A stretch of 64,000 bases of DNA, from the IMG/VR virus record IMGVR_UViG_3300022744_000022, positions 62,001 through 126,000 of that record. One strand, 5' to 3'. Shown in pieces: positions 55,714 to 63,571 of this stretch. A program made the translations under genes and the position numbers. Each line of letters begins with the position of its first letter. The first letter of the stretch is position 1. The notes under the pieces are model-generated. The model worked only from the letters and a program-made list of their open reading frames with translations. It did not search any database and was not told the origin of the DNA.

Positions 55714-55878
55714 TCAAACGAATCCCTTCCTGATCTCGCCGCCCTTCATGCGGCGGAGCCCGAAGTGCTTGGCACCCTTCCACTCCCCGCAATCGGTGCA
55801 GTGAAACTTGGCATTGGTCAGCACGACCTTGCCGGTGCGGTGGCGTACCGTTGTGTTTGCATCTTCATCTTTGCCCAT
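55714..55878 (-). pseudogene. N-terminal fragment of split Zn-finger gene
   Basis: AGGAG SD; MGKDED...FHCTDCGEWKGAKHFGLRRMKGGEIR, then runs into the element and stops after 4 codons. Confidence 0.7.
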
Positions 55879-55885
55879 AAGTCTC

Positions 55886-56524
55886 CTACAGTTCGGTGAT
55901 CAACCTCCGGATGTTCCGACGGGCCTGCGCCTCGAAGCGGTCCTGGAAGTACGGAGTCAGGAAGATGCTCTGCTTGGCCAGCAGGCCCCCAAGGAACGCC
56001 TTGCGGCCGACCTTGATTTGCTCTGGGGTGAACTTCTGGAGCAGCTCCAGGGTGATGTTCTGATCGTTCCAGACCGCGATCTCCCAGCGGGGTTCACCGA
56101 AGCTGGCGATGTCGCAATCCATGAACAGAGCGGTCTCGAAGGGCACGTCGGTAGCCTCCAGCTTGCCGTGCTGTGCCGTCGCGAGGATGATCTTCTCTGC
56201 CTTGTAGTACCGCCCAATGTACGAACACTGGTCCGCCAAGAAAGCGACGCTGGCTTCTTCGTTTTTGGGGGAACCCTGCGTCGTGTAAACCACGTCGTGG
56301 AACAAGGCCGCGATCCCCAGCTCGTGCTTTGTCGAAGGTGAGATGCTGTCCTGGTACACGTCGCAGCAGTGGTTGACCCAGCTCAGAACCGACAAGGCAT
56401 GGTTCCAGTCATGGTAGTGCCGGTGGGGCTCCTGGTACTTGGCCTTGACCTGTTCAAGACACGGGAGGTCCTGGAGCCCAGCACGAGTCAAGATGTGGGT
56501 TTCTTCTGAGGGTGTGAAGTGCAT
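55886..56524 (-). CDS. HD-superfamily metal-dependent phosphohydrolase
   Basis: RHYHDWNH, ALFHDVVY, NEEAS, ILAT..H, DCDIA. Confidence 0.85.
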   Translation of the reverse strand: MHFTPSEETHILTRAGLQDLPCLEQVKAKYQEPHRHYHDWNHALSVLSWVNHCCDVYQDSISPSTKHELGIAALFHDVVYTTQGSPKNEEASVAFLADQCSYIGRYYKAEKIILATAQHGKLEATDVPFETALFMDCDIASFGEPRWEIAVWNDQNITLELLQKFTPEQIKVGRKAFLGGLLAKQSIFLTPYFQDRFEAQARRNIRRLITEL

Positions 56525-56525
56525 G

Positions 56526-56897
56526 CTATTCTCCGAACAGAGCCTTCTTGAGGGCGGCTCGGGCCTCGGGGTTGCTGTCGATCACCGGCCCGAAGATACA
56601 CCTGAGCTTCTCCCCAAGATAGGCCATGTCGTGACCCTCGCAGGGCAACGCCACCCCGGAGTGCTCGTTGATCAGGTGCGGGTCGATCCCTTGCTCCGCA
56701 GCTCTGGCCAACAAATCCACGTACTTGCTCATGAGTCCGTTGAACTCGATGAAGGCGTGTGCCTCGCTTCCGACCTTGGCCACGAAGCACATCCAGTAGA
56801 ACTTCTCGTTCAGGGCCCGAAGGGTCCTGATGATCTCCGGCTTGTGCCGGACCACCTCATCGTCAGGACCCACGAGTTCGAGATCAGCGTTTTGCAT
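56526..56897 (-). CDS. hypothetical protein
   Basis: HAFIEFNGLMSKYVD...YLGEKLRCIFG. Confidence 0.65.
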   Translation of the reverse strand: MQNADLELVGPDDEVVRHKPEIIRTLRALNEKFYWMCFVAKVGSEAHAFIEFNGLMSKYVDLLARAAEQGIDPHLINEHSGVALPCEGHDMAYLGEKLRCIFGPVIDSNPEARAALKKALFGE

Positions 56898-56937
56898 AGG
56901 GCTCCAGGTTACACCGAAAGTCAGCGGTCAGCGTCCA

Positions 56938-57387
56938 CTACGGAACAATAGGGGCTTCAAACGTGTAACCCTCGTACTCGTAGTCACGCCGGGCCTCCAG
57001 AATCAAGAAGGCCAGGTTACCATCCTTGGCTTTGACGGCTTTCTTCGCGTTCTCGAAAAGCTCGACAGCTTCAGCCCACTCGGCTCGACGCTTGGCGTTC
57101 TCTTTGATGACGTTGAGGGCCTGCTTGCGGTAGGGCTCAGGAAGCGCCTCGGCAGCTTCCTTGGTCAGCTCCTCTTGGAGCCCGTAAATCTCGCTTTCGG
57201 ATCCCGGGTGTTGGATGTAGCCGCAGCGCGGATCAAGCCGTTCCTTAAGGACCATGAGGCAAGCTCGCCCCAGCGCGTCCTGGTCCGCACACAGGTAGTG
57301 GCTGGTGGAGTGCTTGTCTTTGAAGATCATGAGTTGGGGCCAACTCATGCGTTGGAGGTACTTGGGCAACTGCTTTTGAGTGTCCAT
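56938..57387 (-). CDS. hypothetical protein
   Basis: 149-aa ORF ending RRDYEYEG. Confidence 0.65.
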   Translation of the reverse strand: MDTQKQLPKYLQRMSWPQLMIFKDKHSTSHYLCADQDALGRACLMVLKERLDPRCGYIQHPGSESEIYGLQEELTKEAAEALPEPYRKQALNVIKENAKRRAEWAEAVELFENAKKAVKAKDGNLAFLILEARRDYEYEGYTFEAPIVP

Positions 57388-57391
57388 AAGG

Positions 57392-58063
57392 TTACACCGA
57401 ACCGTCGTTGATCGCCGCGTCGTAGGCCTCGCTCTCCAATTTCGTGATACGGGCCCGGTTGATACTGTGGCTGATCCCGCCGCCGTAGTAGGTGTCGAGG
57501 TACTTGTAGAGATGGTTGAACCCGTCGTCGTCCCGGGAGTGGGGCTTGAGGCCCTTGGCCCGCTTGCGTAGGATCTCGTCGAGCTTGGCGATGCGTTCTT
57601 CGAGTGGGGCGTCGCCTTTCAAGAAGGCTGCCACCTCGGTACGCTCGTCCTTGGCTTTCTGCACCCGTGCTTTATGGTCAGCTTCGGCTTGCTCGCGAGC
57701 CCTGCGCTTCTCGTGGATCTTCTGGTTGATCTCGTCGGGATCGATGTCGCAGGCCCGGATCAACCCGTGGAGGTAGGCAAAGAACGAACGAGCCGTGTCC
57801 TTCGAGCCGAACAGCGGGTAGACCCAGGACTGCGATCCGAAAAACGGCCGTTGGAAGATCTGTTCGAGCGTTTCGTCGTCGTCGATCCAGCCTTCCTTAC
57901 GTCCGGCGGCCTCGAAGGCTTTGTCGAGTTCCTCGCTCGCAAAGCCGTGGGTCTCGGGCACCCAGCTCAGGAGGCTGATCACCGCCTGCTTGATGGAGCC
58001 GTGGCAGTGGTGGCGAACCGTGTCGCCGCAGTCGGGGCATAGAACTCGTACTCCGTTGCTCAT
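57392..58063 (-). CDS. hypothetical protein
   Basis: GGAGG SD; N-terminal CPDC..HHC. Confidence 0.65.
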   Translation of the reverse strand: MSNGVRVLCPDCGDTVRHHCHGSIKQAVISLLSWVPETHGFASEELDKAFEAAGRKEGWIDDDETLEQIFQRPFFGSQSWVYPLFGSKDTARSFFAYLHGLIRACDIDPDEINQKIHEKRRAREQAEADHKARVQKAKDERTEVAAFLKGDAPLEERIAKLDEILRKRAKGLKPHSRDDDGFNHLYKYLDTYYGGGISHSINRARITKLESEAYDAAINDGSV

Positions 58064-58353
58064 TGGGGGCCTCCGATGATGCTTTGCATGATGTGGTTGA
58101 AGCCCGCGATACAGCGAGCCCGCGTGGCCAACACCTTCTCAACCAGCGTGGGGCTCTCGGTCCGGGCGATCTCCATGAGCCGCTTACCCGCGAGGTAGCT
58201 GATGATCGAGGGGTGTTGCGCCCCGGTGTGGGGCAGGGCCGCCCGGACAAGAGTCTCGACCACCAGCTCGTCCGCCTGGGCTTGCCAATAGCTCAGGGGC
58301 TTGCCGTTGAAGTTCTTGCGCTTGCGAATGATCTCGTCAAATTGGTGGGTCAT
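58060..58353 (-). CDS. hypothetical protein
   Basis: Start inferred at MTHQFDE. Confidence 0.5.
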   Translation of the reverse strand: MTHQFDEIIRKRKNFNGKPLSYWQAQADELVVETLVRAALPHTGAQHPSIISYLAGKRLMEIARTESPTLVEKVLATRARCIAGFNHIMQSIIGGPQ

Positions 58354-58408
58354 GGGGATCCCAAAACGGGGGAGGCCGGAAGGGCCGACCCTCCCCGTTG
58401 GTTGAGGT

Positions 58409-59131
58409 TCAGTTGGAGAGCGCCACGAAGTAGTCGTGGGCCTTGGCGTGGCGGTCGATGACCGTGGCCGGGCTGCCCTTCTTGAGACCCTCGGTGACGG
58501 CGTTGTAGAGGCCCCAGATGTTGCGATCCGCGAACTCCTCGTGACGGGGCGTCTCCCAGTCACCGAAGGCCACCGAAGCCTGGTGGGGCGTCAGGAGGCC
58601 CCGGCCGATCGCGACACCCAGGAGGGCGAAGCCGCGATCCTTGTGGCAGGGCTTGGCCTTCATGGCCTCGACCTCGTGCTGGACCTTCTCGAAGCTCTGC
58701 ATCGCCGTGCCGACCTGCTCGATCACGAGGCGCTGGAAGTCCTCCCAGACGTTCGCGGTGTTGCGGCGAACCACGCGGAAGGCGTCGCCCGAGAAGCAGA
58801 GGTTGTCGCACACGAAGACGTTGGCACCACCGACCAGACCGAGCGCAAGGCTCTTGTCGTAGGACTGGCGCATACCGATCGAGAGGCCCTTCTCGGAGTC
58901 GCCGGTGTCCAGGGTGATGCGGCCGAACAACTGGTGCCCCGACTTGTTGAGGCCGTACGACTCGCTCTTGACCTCCAGGCCCAGGCGTTCCCGTGCCGTG
59001 TCCTTCAGGAAGTTGATGGCGTCGCCGTACGAGACGGGCTTCCAGGTGTCGGTCGCCTCGGGAGGCGTCACGGCCAAAACCTGAGCCAAGGTCGTCTGTT
59101 CCGAACCGCAGTGAAGAATGAGGCCGTTCAT
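58409..59131 (-). CDS. DUF932-like phage/plasmid protein
   Basis: RQSYDKS...VFVCDNL, IWGLYNAVTE; GGAG SD. Confidence 0.7.
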   Translation of the reverse strand: MNGLILHCGSEQTTLAQVLAVTPPEATDTWKPVSYGDAINFLKDTARERLGLEVKSESYGLNKSGHQLFGRITLDTGDSEKGLSIGMRQSYDKSLALGLVGGANVFVCDNLCFSGDAFRVVRRNTANVWEDFQRLVIEQVGTAMQSFEKVQHEVEAMKAKPCHKDRGFALLGVAIGRGLLTPHQASVAFGDWETPRHEEFADRNIWGLYNAVTEGLKKGSPATVIDRHAKAHDYFVALSN

Positions 59132-59170
59132 GTGTTGCTCCGTTTCGAGGGGGTGTTGTTTCGAGGTCCC

Positions 59171-59203
59171 TAACTACTACACCGACGAGAACGAAAACTC
59201 TAG
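59171..59203 (-). promoter_or_regulatory. bipartite promoter-like motif driving the minus-strand array
   Basis: CTAGAGTTTTCGTTCTCGTCGGTGTAGTAGTTA; divergent from GGTGTA at 59288. Confidence 0.6.
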
Positions 59204-59302
59204 ACCTAATTGCAAAAAAGAGCGTCGCGATTACGTGGGCCCAAACCAAACCCGCAGAAACTCAGGCAAATTGCCGGAGAAAAAGTTGGTGTAGGGGGTT
59301 GC

Positions 59303-60469
59303 ATGATCCCCATCTATGCCCGTGAGCCCCTGCCGACCAAGATGGTCAAGTCGATTTTTCTGGCCGGTCCGACCCCTCGAAGCCCTGAGGTTGAGAGCTG
59401 GCGTCGGGACGCCCTAGGGATTCTTGAGTCCCTAGGGTACGATGGACACGTTTTCATCCCCGAGCCCGCCGACGGGGTTTGGGCCTCGGATTACGACGGC
59501 CAGATCGAATGGGAGGAACAGGCGCTCAATCAAGCGGACCTGATCGTGTTCTGGCTGCCTCGGAATCTAGAAACGCTTCCGGGATTCACAACGAACGATG
59601 AGTGGGGCGTGTGGAAGGCTTCTGGGAAGGTCCTATTTGGGGCTCCCGAGGGGGCGGCCAAGGTCAGGTACCAGCAACACTACGCGGAGAAGCACAGGGT
59701 TCCGCAACACGACACCCTGCGGGGGCTGCTGCGGGCCGCAGTGACCCGCCTGGGTCCAGGGCGTCTCCGACAAGGGGGCGAGGTCAAGGTGCCGCTCTAC
59801 GTCTGGGAACAGCCGTCTTTTCAGAGCTGGTACAGCTACCAGCAGCACGCGGGTAACGTGCTCAAGGCCGCAGAGGTTTTGTGGACCTTCCGGGTTGGTC
59901 CGAAGCTCGACAAGATGTTCTGCTGGGTGCTCAGGGTGTCCGTGTACGTCACGTCCGAGGACAGAGTTAAAAAGGCTGAATTCGTATTAGGCCGCCCCGA
60001 TACCTCATCGGTGATCTTGTGGCACCGAGCCCCGACGCTCGCAGAGACCCGAGTCGTCCTGATTAAGGAGTTTAGGAGTCCTGCAAGAACTCTTGACGGC
60101 TTCCTGCGTGAAGCCCCCGGTGGCTCTGCAAAACTTGGTACTGTGTCTACGGATCCTATGCAGACGGCACTGTCCGAACTCAAGGAAGAAACAGGGTTCG
60201 CAATTGCTCGTGAACGTCTTCGCGATCATTCCTTGCGACAAGTTTTTGGCACACTGACCTCAGTCGGGTCTTTCGTATATTCGGCGGAGATTACGGACGA
60301 GGAACTTGGCTTCTTCGAGGAACAAAAGGGTCAAGTTCACGGAATCGAAGAAGACTCTGAGCGTACCTTTGTCGAAGTCCACAAGGTTGGGGACTTACTG
60401 GCACAACCGTTGACAGACTGGGTAACGCTCGGGATGATCTTTGTCGCGTTAGCTGATGCGATGCGGTAG
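59303..60469 (+). CDS. nucleoside 2-deoxyribosyltransferase-like / NUDIX fusion
   Basis: SIFLAGPTPR...QIEWE...TTNDEWG; EAPGGS...ALSELKEETG; start set by GGTGTA at 59288. Confidence 0.8.
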   Translation: MIPIYAREPLPTKMVKSIFLAGPTPRSPEVESWRRDALGILESLGYDGHVFIPEPADGVWASDYDGQIEWEEQALNQADLIVFWLPRNLETLPGFTTNDEWGVWKASGKVLFGAPEGAAKVRYQQHYAEKHRVPQHDTLRGLLRAAVTRLGPGRLRQGGEVKVPLYVWEQPSFQSWYSYQQHAGNVLKAAEVLWTFRVGPKLDKMFCWVLRVSVYVTSEDRVKKAEFVLGRPDTSSVILWHRAPTLAETRVVLIKEFRSPARTLDGFLREAPGGSAKLGTVSTDPMQTALSELKEETGFAIARERLRDHSLRQVFGTLTSVGSFVYSAEITDEELGFFEEQKGQVHGIEEDSERTFVEVHKVGDLLAQPLTDWVTLGMIFVALADAMR

Positions 60470-61268
60470 TGACCCTACATCCGACCTACCCAATACTCGC
60501 TTTGTGTTTTTGGCAGATATGACCAAAACGACGACTTGTGCTTGTGGTAGCCCTGCGAAGGTTGGCCGCACCCTCTGTAGGTCTTGTACGAATGCACGAA
60601 GACGGGAACGGTACGCTACTGACGATGAGTTTCGTAAGGATCTGATCAATAGGGCCAAAGAAAACTACGACATTGAGCACAAGAAAAAGCTGTACCATCA
60701 CCACAGACGAAAAGCGTTTGAAGTTCTTGGTGGGTACCTTTGTAAGAAGTGCGGCTTTGACGATCCCAGAGCCTTGCAGATTGACCATTTGGGGGATGAT
60801 GGGTACCTAAAGCGCAAAGGTGGGGAGTTAGGTCAAACGCTATACCGTAGAGTCCTTAAGATGGGTGGGGTGGGTTTTCAAGTGTTGTGCGCTAACTGTA
60901 ACTGGATTAAGAAAGCTGAGTCTGAGGGGCGCACCATCGAATACTACTGGGAAGAAGCGTCAGAAGGTTTTCGCCCTCGCCAACCAAATCAGCAGTGTGT
61001 CGTTAGCCCAGAAGACGCCTTCGCCGCGTTCGCTACAGGGGAGTCTGCCAGCTCTGTAAGGTCAAGACTTCATGTGTCCGCTGTTACTTTACGCAACTGG
61101 TGGGTTGGCAAGTTTGGGGAGGAGGCCGTGAGGCTCCGTGCTCGAACAATTCAGGCTAAGGCAGTGACTCAGACGGGGCACCAAAACAGGGGTAGAGTCG
61201 TAACCCCAGAGGTCCGGGCCAGAATTTCAGCTACCCAAACGGGGAAACCTAAGCCACGACGCTCGTAA
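60456..61268 (+). CDS. HNH-like homing endonuclease with NUMOD3-like tail
   Basis: CKKCG...LQIDH...QVLCANCNWIK; TPEVRARISATQTGK; lower GC; start may be 60519. Confidence 0.75.
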   Translation: MRCGSDPTSDLPNTRFVFLADMTKTTTCACGSPAKVGRTLCRSCTNARRRERYATDDEFRKDLINRAKENYDIEHKKKLYHHHRRKAFEVLGGYLCKKCGFDDPRALQIDHLGDDGYLKRKGGELGQTLYRRVLKMGGVGFQVLCANCNWIKKAESEGRTIEYYWEEASEGFRPRQPNQQCVVSPEDAFAAFATGESASSVRSRLHVSAVTLRNWWVGKFGEEAVRLRARTIQAKAVTQTGHQNRGRVVTPEVRARISATQTGKPKPRRS

Positions 61269-61286
61269 GTGGTGTAGCCGCCAGGT

Positions 61287-62003
61287 ATGTTGCTCGGAAT
61301 TTCTGGTTTCGCGGGTTCAGGAAAAGACGCGGCGGCGAACTTCCTGGTTGAGGATCACGGCTTCACCAAGGTTGCGCTCGCAGACCCCTTGAAGCGCATA
61401 GCCCGCGACGTGTATGCCTTCACAGACGAACAGCTCTGGGGGCCGAGTCAGTTCCGCAACACTCCCGACAAACGGTATCCGAGGCCCTGCAAGACTTGCC
61501 GTGGGCAAGGGGACCGCGTAGATGCCGATGGGGCGTTCGAGCCCTGCCTGGGGTGCCACGGGGCTCGGGTCACGCACCTGACGCCTCGTGAGGCTCTCCA
61601 GAAGCTCGGGACCGAGTGGGGCCGCGAGTGCTACCCAGACACGTGGGTTGACCTTTGCATCCGAACCTCAGCCCACTTGCTGGACAACATCTACGCCCGT
61701 TACGATCAACAACGCGGGGCGTACCAAGCGATGGTGGATACCCAGAGCGCCCTCAACTACCGGATCAAGGGTGTCGCAGTCCCAGATGTACGGTTCCTCA
61801 ACGAGATCCGAGCCATCAAACAAGCGGGCGGTAAGGTGATCAGGATCTCGCGTCCTGGGGCTGGGCTCGACGGTGCGGGTGCTCTCCATGTGTCCGAGAC
61901 AGAGCAGGCCGGGTTACCCGACTCGATGTTCGATGCTGTGATCCAGAACACGGGGACCCTCGAAGACCTGAGGGCTGCGGTTCAAGCGTTCCTCAGCGAT
62001 TAA
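61287..62003 (+). CDS. deoxynucleoside monophosphate kinase
   Basis: GISGFAGSGKD, ADPLK, TPREALQKLGTEWGR, DVRFLNE, HVSE. Confidence 0.88.
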   Translation: MLLGISGFAGSGKDAAANFLVEDHGFTKVALADPLKRIARDVYAFTDEQLWGPSQFRNTPDKRYPRPCKTCRGQGDRVDADGAFEPCLGCHGARVTHLTPREALQKLGTEWGRECYPDTWVDLCIRTSAHLLDNIYARYDQQRGAYQAMVDTQSALNYRIKGVAVPDVRFLNEIRAIKQAGGKVIRISRPGAGLDGAGALHVSETEQAGLPDSMFDAVIQNTGTLEDLRAAVQAFLSD

Positions 62004-62041
62004 AAAGCAAGAGGCTGTGGGACGGATCCCACAGCCTCTTG
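62002..62041 (-). terminator. intrinsic terminator between convergent genes
   Basis: 15-bp stem CAAGAGGCTGTGGGA/TCCCACAGCCTCTTG with a U-tract on the minus strand. Confidence 0.8.
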
Positions 62042-62060
62042 GCTCAACCGTTGAGACGTT

Positions 62061-62399
62061 TCAATCGTCGCTGGGCTCGTCCTCGTCATCACCGGCGTCA
62101 TCGGAATCGTCGTCCTTCTTGGACTTCTTTTTCCGAGACTTCGGCGCTTCTTTGACGACCGGCGGAGCAACGGCGACCGGGGCAGCCTTCGCTTCGCCCG
62201 AACGCACACGCAGCACCTTGTCCACGAGAGCGATCAGGTGATCCGTCGAGTGCTTGGCAGCACCCTCCGGAATAGCAACGGGGCCTGCTTCTGCTTCCAG
62301 CTCAGCACAATACCCTGCCGCATTGGCGATCTGTCTGCCGTACTGCTTGGCAGTCTGGCATCGGGCCCGGAACTCAGTCAACGCTTGTGGTGTCATCAT
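62061..62399 (-). CDS. hypothetical protein with basic/acidic tail
   Basis: GAGG SD before MMTPQAL; ends KKKSKKDDDSDD. Confidence 0.55.
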   Translation of the reverse strand: MMTPQALTEFRARCQTAKQYGRQIANAAGYCAELEAEAGPVAIPEGAAKHSTDHLIALVDKVLRVRSGEAKAAPVAVAPPVVKEAPKSRKKKSKKDDDSDDAGDDEDEPSDD

Positions 62400-63252
62400 C
62401 CGCCTCTTGCTTCTGTTGGGGGATAAGAGAATTCTCGCCCAAGAGCTGCGGGATCCTGTGACGGCGCTGAGCCCTACCCCCTGCAATTGCAGCAGAGAGC
62501 AACTTGCTCTTGGTGACCTTCGTCTCGTCAATGGGAAGACACGCCCCTGCGTTAGCGAGATCCCGGGGATCCGCCCAGTATGTGTTTCGCATAGGGCCGC
62601 CCACGTTCAGAGGACAGAAGTTACGAGCCTCACCACGCCAGTAATCCATGTCCCCGCCCCACTGGATCGGTTTGCCTGGAAGGGTCTGAGGGACAACACC
62701 ACTAAAGTAGAGTTCGCGAGCTTGACTGCGAAAGGCCGTCCACCCCTTGACCGTGGATGCCCAGTTGCCTGTGCAACCCTCTGGCGTCGGCCTCTTAGTT
62801 GTCGGGTCTTTACCCGTACACTCTACCCAACCCTTCTCAGGCGGCTCTGTGCCTTGCATAGGCAGGTAGCTGACCCAGATTTGGCGGGTGTCCGTGAAGG
62901 GTTCACGTCGCGTAATCTTCGAGGACTGCGCGTACATGGCATTGAGCAGAGACTTGTCGCTCCGCATCTCTCGCATGTTCTCCAACGTCTGGAGCAACTT
63001 CTGGGCTTCTTCAATACTGAATCCGCCCTCGCTCACGCAGATCTTGGTGAACCACTCACTCTCAAGGCGGCTTGTCCGAATAGCCTTCCTAGGTTCGGGA
63101 ACCTTGGGCTGCGCTTCGGCTACCACTACCGTGCTAATGGTCTGAACGACCGCTTGAGGGGCAGCCGTCAAATTAGGTACGCTATCTTGCGCCACCGAAG
63201 TTGAGCAGGCCACCATCGCGAAAGAGATGCTTACGAGCTTCAAACTTTTCAT
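62374..63252 (-). CDS. putative lipoprotein (possible cell-wall hydrolase-like)
   Basis: MKSLKLVSISFAMVA-C lipobox-like; AGGAG SD; KICVSE loosely recalls SleB-type catalytic Glu context. Confidence 0.6.
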   Translation of the reverse strand: MKSLKLVSISFAMVACSTSVAQDSVPNLTAAPQAVVQTISTVVVAEAQPKVPEPRKAIRTSRLESEWFTKICVSEGGFSIEEAQKLLQTLENMREMRSDKSLLNAMYAQSSKITRREPFTDTRQIWVSYLPMQGTEPPEKGWVECTGKDPTTKRPTPEGCTGNWASTVKGWTAFRSQARELYFSGVVPQTLPGKPIQWGGDMDYWRGEARNFCPLNVGGPMRNTYWADPRDLANAGACLPIDETKVTKSKLLSAAIAGGRAQRRHRIPQLLGENSLIPQQKQEADDDTTSVD

Positions 63253-63571
63253 TTCCTGTCTCCTAGTTAGATCGCATCACTCTGAGTGCATGAGCCGTGG
63301 GCATGCCTTTCTTCGGACTCAGATCAGCCACGCTGGTTGGCGTTGTGATTAACGCCTGGACCTGTTGACTACGTTTCTGAGTTCATTGGCTCAAGTTAGA
63401 GATCTTTACACTCATCTGGATGCTGTGAAGTTGACCTTGTAACACTGTGACAAGAGAACTATCGTTTAGGGGTTGAAGTTGGCACAGCATTTGCAAGACA
63501 GCACTTAGAAGTGCGCCCACTCTATTACACCAGCCGCACAGGTTTTTGTTGGGCCCGGTGTATGTACCCCC

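Larger units (their letters stand above)
54517..55728. mobile_element. 1212-bp integrase-less inserted element with attL/attR-like ends
   Basis: Removal restores an in-frame gene; shared TT(C) core at both junctions; TTCG-N10-CGAA at 54521-54538 and 55705-55722, symmetric about the core. Confidence 0.7.

Noticed and set aside
54517-55728. Autonomous IS element or group I/II intron
   Set aside because: No transposase, recombinase, RT or homing-endonuclease motifs, and the insert is filled by three ORFs, leaving no room for a ribozyme core.
57393-57398. GGTGTA copy before the 57387 gene
   Set aside because: The spacer is only 5 nt and the motif coincides with the last codons and stop of the upstream gene; may be chance.
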